The notes below the pieces were generated by a model. It did no database searches and was not told where the DNA came from. It was given only the letters and a program-made list of their open reading frames with translations. This document shows, in pieces, positions 57,983-64,000 of a DNA stretch of 64,000 nt. Each line of letters begins with the position of its first letter. The stretch's first letter is position 1. The stretch covers positions 32,001-96,000 of the forward strand of contig JBBCKI010000004.1 of assembly GCA_037190965.1 (NCBI GenBank). Reading direction: 5' to 3'. Source of the DNA: Chthoniobacteraceae bacterium. GTDB lineage: Bacteria > Verrucomicrobiota > Verrucomicrobiia > Chthoniobacterales > Chthoniobacteraceae. The position numbers and the translations under genes were made by a program.

Positions 57983-59178
57983 CGGCAATTTCCTTTAAAG
58001 TCCGGGACCGCCACCGAATTGTTGCCCCCGGCGATCGACTGAATGCTGAGCGGCGTGATGCTCGACCACGTCACGGCATCATAAACGTCGATCATCGGAG
58101 CGCGCCCCTCCCGGATTGCAGCGCAGAACTCACGCAGGACAAAATAATCGCCGCCGCCGTGGCCCGCCTTCATGGCGGCTTCACCGTGCTCACGCCAAAG
58201 GGGATGGATGAATTCATCCCGGTACTTGGAAAGCGGTTCCCATTCGGTCGCCGTTCCCTTGGCGTTTTGCGGGCTGCGATCCTGAATCCAGATCAAGGGT
58301 TCCGATTTTCCGGGACTATCGGGCCAACAGAACGACGCCTTGGTTCCCTGAAGTTCATGCCGGGCCATCCAATGCGGACGGGCGGAAGCCCAGTCGACAC
58401 GAATATCGATAAGCACCCCCTTTTCCGTATGGATAGAGGTACTGGTGGTATCGGGATGGCTCCAGAAGCCGGGTTCGGCGTATTCCGGACGATCAACATG
58501 ATGACGCCCGACATAGTGATTTACCGCGACGGTCCGGCTCTCCCGCGTAGAGAGGCTTTTCAGGCGGTCGCTCCGATTGATATCAAGCCAGCGAGCCACC
58601 GGCCCCAGGGAATGGGTAGGGTATGCATTGCCGAACGCTTTCCTGCGCAGATTGCCACGCCAGGTCAAATCACCCTTTTCATCAAACAGGAGTTCGCGGC
58701 AATCGTGAATATAGCTACCGGAGGCGAACGTAATTTCACCGAATACCCCTTCCTCCACCATGCGCTGCACCTGAAGCACCGGCTCCATGAAGCAGTAGTT
58801 TTCGGCCATCATGTAAGTGCGGCCGCTCCGTTTGACGGCGTCAATGAGCGCCCACCCGTCTTCCAGAGTCATGACTGCGGTGACTTCGCTCAGGACATGC
58901 TTTCCGGCGTCGAGCGCCGCAATCGCCTGCGCCGCATGCAGCGGGACGGGGGTGGCAATGCAGACAGCGTCGATCTCCGGATCGTTCAAGACCTGCTCAT
59001 AATTCGAATAGAGCTTTACCCCGGAGTCCCCCTCCCATTCCTTCAGCCCCTTGGGGGAAGTATCGCAAATCGCGACGAGTTGAATTCCGTCTTCCTTCAA
59101 GGTTTCAGCCGAGTGAATAAAAGAGCGACCGCGGCGTGATCCGATCACCGCGAAGCGTAAGGTGTTTTTTGAGGACAT
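57979..59178 (-). CDS. Gfo/Idh/MocA protein, GH109-like NAD+-dependent glycosidase
   Basis: SEV in place of [46 protein letters not shown]...V.VPDF; this pattern matches GH109. Confidence 0.75.
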   Translation of the reverse strand: MSSKNTLRFAVIGSRRGRSFIHSAETLKEDGIQLVAICDTSPKGLKEWEGDSGVKLYSNYEQVLNDPEIDAVCIATPVPLHAAQAIAALDAGKHVLSEVTAVMTLEDGWALIDAVKRSGRTYMMAENYCFMEPVLQVQRMVEEGVFGEITFASGSYIHDCRELLFDEKGDLTWRGNLRRKAFGNAYPTHSLGPVARWLDINRSDRLKSLSTRESRTVAVNHYVGRHHVDRPEYAEPGFWSHPDTTSTSIHTEKGVLIDIRVDWASARPHWMARHELQGTKASFCWPDSPGKSEPLIWIQDRSPQNAKGTATEWEPLSKYRDEFIHPLWREHGEAAMKAGHGGGDYFVLREFCAAIREGRAPMIDVYDAVTWSSITPLSIQSIAGGNNSVAVPDFKGNCR

Positions 59179-59187
59179 AATGATTCG

Positions 59188-60207
59188 TTAAATTAATTTC
59201 TCCGCGACTGCCGTTCCGATCCCGGTCCGGCCATATCCGTTGCCGCAATAGAAGAGCCGAAGGCGGCCATTTTCTTCGATGACATTCGGGTATTCCGTCA
59301 TCTCGCTCTCCCAGCCGTATCCCTGGGGCGCCAGGGAAAGGTTTTCTCCCGGTTCGCCACGGTTCCAGGTGATCCCATCTTCGCTCTCGGCTTCGCAGAT
59401 CGAATACGCACCAAAGCGAGTTCCAATCCCGGCATAGATTGCCCGCCATCCGGAGGCGGTCTTCCAGACGTTCAAGGCGATGGCGGCCGCGTTTTCGTAG
59501 TCCGCATCCAGCCGGGGAGAAAGCACCACCTGTTTGTTGAACCACGAAATGCCGTCGTAAGAATCCGCTGTCACGGCAGTTTTAGCCTGCCCGATCAGCA
59601 AATCCTCGCTGGGGGTTCCGGTCGCCAGGGTATAGTACATCCGGTAGAAAGTGCGGCCCTCTTTATCGCATTGATTCACGATCCGGCCACCGCCTGCGAT
59701 GCCCCGGTTGTCAGGCCATTGCGAAAATCCGTCTCCCCGTAGCACCGGCTCCGTCGAAGCCCGCTCCCAATGCAGCAAATCATCGCTGACCGCCAGGCCG
59801 ATGCCCGTAAACTCCTGCAATCCGGCCTTCAATGCCTGGTTCCGCCCGGTATAATAGAGATGCCATTTATCGCCGACCCGATGAACACACGGCAGGACGC
59901 ACCAGGTGGCGTCGAAGCTTCCCTCCGCCCCGAGGTCGAACAATGGCCCGAGCCGCCTCCATGCGGAAAGGTCGTTAACAGGGCAGATCGCCAGGCAGAT
60001 CCGACGCTTACCGGCGCTATTGCCACCCGCGTAAAATAGATAATATTCATCAGCCACCCGCAGCACGAACGGATTCATGCAGGCACTGACGTCAAACGAA
60101 GACGGCCCCGGGGGGAGGATCGGATTGCGCTCATCTCGCTGCCAGGCATGAATCGCGAAGCCCCCCTGCCGGACAAGCGGCTTCTCCGACGGAATTTCTT
60201 GTCTCAT
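59188..60207 (-). CDS. Five-bladed beta-propeller glycosidase-like protein (GH32/43/130-like)
   Basis: NPIL, repeated blades (YYLFYAG, WHLYYTG, YRMYYT, LRLFYCG) and SDDLLHW/SYDGISW/SEDGITW boxes. Confidence 0.75.
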   Translation of the reverse strand: MRQEIPSEKPLVRQGGFAIHAWQRDERNPILPPGPSSFDVSACMNPFVLRVADEYYLFYAGGNSAGKRRICLAICPVNDLSAWRRLGPLFDLGAEGSFDATWCVLPCVHRVGDKWHLYYTGRNQALKAGLQEFTGIGLAVSDDLLHWERASTEPVLRGDGFSQWPDNRGIAGGGRIVNQCDKEGRTFYRMYYTLATGTPSEDLLIGQAKTAVTADSYDGISWFNKQVVLSPRLDADYENAAAIALNVWKTASGWRAIYAGIGTRFGAYSICEAESEDGITWNRGEPGENLSLAPQGYGWESEMTEYPNVIEENGRLRLFYCGNGYGRTGIGTAVAEKLI

Positions 60208-60357
60208 TGAAAGGACAATCTAGAGCGTCCAATCCAAGGCGTCTTGGCGTTTTGAGAAATACGCACTGGAAGATTGGGCAATCGGAAGCGCCAGAGATCT
60301 TTTTACCATCTTTTCTTTTGGCCAACTCCCGCCGGTTCGGTTTTATTCTCCGCACCC

Positions 60358-61131
60358 ATGAAATCCGCATTGATCGGCTATACCGGCTTTGTTGGCGGCA
60401 ATCTTGAGCAGCAACACTCGTTTTCCGCACGTTTCAACTCAAAGAACATCGAGGAGATTTGCGGCCAGAAGTTCGATCTCGTGGTAACGGCGGGGGTCCA
60501 GGCCAAAAAATGGTGGGCCAACCAGAATCCCGAAGCGGATTGGGCGCAAATCGAGCGGCTTCTCAATGCCCTCTCCTCCGTTCAGGCGGAGCGGTTTGTG
60601 CTCATCAGCACCATCGATGTTTACCCTAAGCCGTCCGGGGTGGATGAAGCCTCCGAGGTCGCAGAAAATCCCCAGAACGCTTACGGCACCCATCGGCTGC
60701 GCGTTGAAAAAGCGGTGCAGAGCCAGTTCGGCCCGGCCGAGACCTGCGTGATCCGGCTCCCCGGTCTTTTCGGCAACGGGCTCAAGAAGAACGTCATTTT
60801 CGATCTCCTCCACGACAATATTCTGGAGACGATCAATCCGGCCAGCCGCTTTCAGTATTACTTTCTCGACCGGCTCTGGAACGACATCTCCCGGTGCCTC
60901 GAAGCCCGCCTGCCGCTGGTCAACTACGCGACGGAGCCGGTCGCCACCGCCACGATCCTCGAACGCTTCTTCCCGGGCAAAATCGTCGGCGGCAATCCTG
61001 CCGCCCCGGCCGCGTATGATTTCCGCACCCGCTTCAATGCGGAGCTTGGGGGTGCCAATGGCTATCTCTACGACGCTAAAACGGTTCTGGGAGATATCGC
61101 CACCTACATTCAACGCGTCACGAAGGCTTAA
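60358..61131 (+). CDS. NAD-dependent epimerase/dehydratase family protein
   Basis: IGYTGFVG, ISTIDVY, YGTHR, IRLPGLFG. Confidence 0.85.
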   Translation: MKSALIGYTGFVGGNLEQQHSFSARFNSKNIEEICGQKFDLVVTAGVQAKKWWANQNPEADWAQIERLLNALSSVQAERFVLISTIDVYPKPSGVDEASEVAENPQNAYGTHRLRVEKAVQSQFGPAETCVIRLPGLFGNGLKKNVIFDLLHDNILETINPASRFQYYFLDRLWNDISRCLEARLPLVNYATEPVATATILERFFPGKIVGGNPAAPAAYDFRTRFNAELGGANGYLYDAKTVLGDIATYIQRVTKA

Positions 61132-61133
61132 CG

Positions 61134-61940
61134 ATGAAACTGGCCGTCTCCAACATCGCCTGGAATACGGAAGAAGACTCCGCCGCGTTTGAACGGCTCC
61201 GCTACCAGGGCATCACAGGGCTGGAGATCGCCCCACCCCGCGTCTGGCCGGAGCCTGCCGCCGTTTCTACAGAAGCCGCCTTGGCCTATCGCAAGGAGAT
61301 GGCCGCCCTCGGGTTCGACCTTGTCGCTTTTCAGTCGCTTCTCTTCGGGAAGAATCACTGGAACCTTTTCCAGGAGGATTCCGCACCGGAGTGCCACGAT
61401 TACCTGATCGAACTGGGAAGGCTAGCCTCCCGACTGGGAGTACGCGTTCTCGTTTTTGGTTCGCCGCGCAACCGCGCCGTCCCCGAAACAATGACGGCGG
61501 AAAAAGCGGAACAAAAGGCGGTGGAGTTCTTCCATTCACTCGGCTGCGCCTATGCCGAAATGGGAGTCATCCTCGGGCTGGAACCCAACCCCGCCGCCTA
61601 CGCCTGCAATTTCATTCAAACCATCGACGAAGCCGCCTCGCTAATTCGGAAGGTCGACAGCCCGGGGTTCCGCCTGCATCTCGACGCGGGCGAAATGCAG
61701 ATGAACGATGAAGTGATCGAATCGGTCGTTCCTCGGCACATCGATCTGGTGGCTCATGTCCACGCAAGCGAACCGATGCTGGCCCCATTGTCCGCCTCAT
61801 GGGCGGGGCATAAACGGCTGGCTGCGGTGCTGAAAGCCAACGGCTACAACGGCTGGGTTTCGCTTGAAATGAAGCGCCCTCCCGGCGGCCTCACGGAATT
61901 GAAAGATCCGCTTGGCCACCTCAAGGAAATTTACGCATGA
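61134..61940 (+). CDS. Sugar phosphate isomerase/epimerase (TIM barrel)
   Basis: SNIAW, FGSPRNR, LEPNP, HLDAG, HVHASEP, SLEM. Confidence 0.85.
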   Translation: MKLAVSNIAWNTEEDSAAFERLRYQGITGLEIAPPRVWPEPAAVSTEAALAYRKEMAALGFDLVAFQSLLFGKNHWNLFQEDSAPECHDYLIELGRLASRLGVRVLVFGSPRNRAVPETMTAEKAEQKAVEFFHSLGCAYAEMGVILGLEPNPAAYACNFIQTIDEAASLIRKVDSPGFRLHLDAGEMQMNDEVIESVVPRHIDLVAHVHASEPMLAPLSASWAGHKRLAAVLKANGYNGWVSLEMKRPPGGLTELKDPLGHLKEIYA

Positions 61941-63079
61941 GCGCGTCCTCGCCGTCCTCCCCCTCCTCGTCATGGGACGCCATTGTGGTCGGCGGCGGGT
62001 TCTTTGGCGCTTCGATCGCCCTTCTTCTTCGGGAGCAGGGGCTCTCCGTCCTCGTGGTCGAGCGAGGGAAAGAACTGATGACCCGAGCCTCGTACAACAA
62101 TCAGGCGCGGGTCCACGGCGGTTATCATTACCCGCGGAGCCTGATGACCGCGATCCGCTCCCGCATCAACTTCCCCCGTTTCGCGGCGGAGTACGCGACG
62201 TGCATCCATAGCGATTTCGAAAAGTATTACGCAGTAGGAAAAACCGGTTCGAAGGTCTCGGCCCGGCAGTTTGTCAGTTTCATGCAGAGGATCGGCGCAC
62301 CGCTCGACAAGCCGCCCGCGCACATTACCAAACTCTTCAACCCCAATCTGATCGAGGCGGTCTTTACCGCCCGCGAGTATGCCTTCGACGCTACCAAACT
62401 GGCGGCCTTGACGGCATGCCGCCTTCACGAGGCCAAAGTCCCCGTCTGGTTTGAGACCGAGGCCGACGCCGTGCGAAGGGCGCCCTCGGGAAGACTCGCG
62501 CTGGATCTCCACCAGAAAGGCAGTCGCGAAACACAGGAACCACGCTGGGTCTTCAACTGCACCTACAGCCAGATCAATCGCATCAACGTCAACTCCTGCC
62601 TCCCCATCGTCCCCCTGCGCCACGAATTGACGGAGTTGGCCCTCGTAGAGCCGCCTCCCGTTCTGGCCAACGTGGGGATCACCGTGATGTGCGGCCCCTT
62701 CTTTTCGTTGATGCCCTTCCCCGCCCGCAGGCTGCACACGCTCAGCCACGTCCGCTATACACCTCACTGCGCGTGGGCGGATGAATCGGACTCCCCCTAC
62801 ACGCCCCCCTTCGAGCGGTTCGATGGCATGGAAAAGAAAACCGCGTTCCATTACATGGTGCGGGATTCGATGCGGCTCATGCCGTGCCTCTCCGAATGCG
62901 TCTATAAAGATTCCCTTTGGGAGGTGAAGACCACGCTCCCCCTGAGCGACACTGACGACGGACGCCCCATCCTTTTCCGCCCCAGCGAAGAACTTCCCGG
63001 CTTGGTTCACGTGATGGGCGGAAAAATTGACAACATCTACGATCTCCCCCAAGAATTGGAAGCCCTTATCAACAGGTAA
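61937..63079 (+). CDS. FAD-dependent oxidoreductase (DAO/LhgO-like)
   Basis: VVGGGFFG, RASYNNQARVHGGYHYPRS, GGKIDN. Confidence 0.85.
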   Translation: MSASSPSSPSSSWDAIVVGGGFFGASIALLLREQGLSVLVVERGKELMTRASYNNQARVHGGYHYPRSLMTAIRSRINFPRFAAEYATCIHSDFEKYYAVGKTGSKVSARQFVSFMQRIGAPLDKPPAHITKLFNPNLIEAVFTAREYAFDATKLAALTACRLHEAKVPVWFETEADAVRRAPSGRLALDLHQKGSRETQEPRWVFNCTYSQINRINVNSCLPIVPLRHELTELALVEPPPVLANVGITVMCGPFFSLMPFPARRLHTLSHVRYTPHCAWADESDSPYTPPFERFDGMEKKTAFHYMVRDSMRLMPCLSECVYKDSLWEVKTTLPLSDTDDGRPILFRPSEELPGLVHVMGGKIDNIYDLPQELEALINR

Positions 63080-63085
63080 AAAGCG

Positions 63086-64000
63086 TTGGACCCCAATCTC
63101 GTCATCTCCGTTGTCGCGCCTGTTTATAACATGGCGGGAATCCTCGAACCCTTTTTGGAGGATGTCGTCCGCGCACTGGAACCCAATTACAAGTTCTACG
63201 AGATCATCCTCATCGATGACGGGTCATCCGACTCAACCCCGGCGGTTGTGGAGCAACTGCTGAAGCGGTTTCAACGCGTCCGGTATCTCCGGCTTTCCCG
63301 GCATTTCGGTTCGGAAGTGGCCATCTCGGCCGGGCTCGACTCCTCCATTGGCGACTTTACCGTGGTGGCTTCGCCGGAATCCGACCCGTGCGGCATGATC
63401 CCCGACCTGGTCACGGCGGTCCGGCGTTCGGGCGGAATCCTCACCGGCGTAACGACGGGGCGCAAGAACCGAAGCCTTCCCGCGCGGCTCGCAGCATCGG
63501 CCTTTCATACCTATTGCCGAAGGTATCTGGGCCTTGATTTCAAGGAGAACTCCACCGATTTCCGGGTGCTGAGCCGCCAGGCCGTCAATGCCATCACCCA
63601 GATCAAGGACCGCCGCCGCCATCTCAGGCTGTTCACCAACACGGTAGGGTACGATTTGCAGTATTTCGAGTACACGCCGATCCAACGCTCCGGGGCGAGT
63701 ACCCGCACCGGTTTTTTCAAGGAGGCGAATCAGGCCATCGATCTTGTGATCGCAAGCAGCCCGCATCCGTTGCGTTTTGCAAGCCGCCTGGGGCTGATCG
63801 CCAGCATGCTCAATGCCTTCTATATCGCCTATATCGTGGGCGTCTATCTCTTCAAAGCGCATGTCGCCGAAGGGTGGGTCACCACCTCAATGAGCATCAG
63901 CGTGATGTTCTTCTTCCTTTTTGTACTGCTGGCGATTCTCTGCGAATACGTCGGCAGACTCCTGGAAGAAGTGCAGGGGCGGCCCCTCTATTTCATCGGC
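63086..64000 (+). CDS. GT2 glycosyltransferase, GtrB/ArnC-like (runs off window end)
   Basis: Not in the ORF track. TTG start; ISVVAPVYN, YEIILIDDGSSD, LSRHFG, DFRVLSR, two C-terminal TM segments, EYVGRL...RPLY. Confidence 0.88.
   Translation, partial: MDPNLVISVVAPVYNMAGILEPFLEDVVRALEPNYKFYEIILIDDGSSDSTPAVVEQLLKRFQRVRYLRLSRHFGSEVAISAGLDSSIGDFTVVASPESDPCGMIPDLVTAVRRSGGILTGVTTGRKNRSLPARLAASAFHTYCRRYLGLDFKENSTDFRVLSRQAVNAITQIKDRRRHLRLFTNTVGYDLQYFEYTPIQRSGASTRTGFFKEANQAIDLVIASSPHPLRFASRLGLIASMLNAFYIAYIVGVYLFKAHVAEGWVTTSMSISVMFFFLFVLLAILCEYVGRLLEEVQGRPLYFIG

Noticed and set aside
56843..63052. Long opposite-strand ORFs 56843-58042, 58159-59139 and 61970-63052
   Set aside because: Antisense to well-supported genes.

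Overview
Bacterial DNA that looks like Verrucomicrobia (Chthoniobacter/Terrimicrobium-like), inferred from a Verru_Chthon cassette, a PEP-CTERM protein and several pseudopilin-like genes. The window has four parts. (1) 1-33.2 kb: a lower-GC carbohydrate-utilisation region with four Gfo/Idh/MocA oxidoreductases, two TIM-barrel sugar isomerases, two AraC and one GntR regulator, an unusual ABC transporter (solute-binding protein fused to a permease, plus an oversized permease), heparinase II/III-like and GH42-like enzymes, an autotransporter-repeat PEP-CTERM protein, an H-X9-DG pseudopilin and a complete Verru_Chthon A-B-C-D cassette. (2) 33.5-41.0 kb: a ~7.4 kb element integrated in tRNA-Gly(CCC), with a 36-bp att duplication, tyrosine integrase and excisionase-like gene. 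It carries a decayed Rhs toxin with an HNH/LHH-like nuclease tip, a SMI1/KNR4 immunity gene and an orphan toxin-tip/immunity pair separated by a small palindromic element with tandemly duplicated ends. (3) 41.1-55.9 kb: higher-GC core-like genes (pilin, hydrolase, RlmI-like methyltransferase, K+ channel, HtrA) and a lexA-imuA-imuB-dnaE2 mutagenesis cassette. The LexA has a divergent recognition helix, a candidate new operator overlaps its promoter, and an unannotated small ORF follows imuA. (4) 56-64 kb: a GH109-like/galactonate-dehydratase catabolic operon and the start of a GtrB-like surface-glycosylation cluster. All family assignments come from motif recognition by eye, not database searches.
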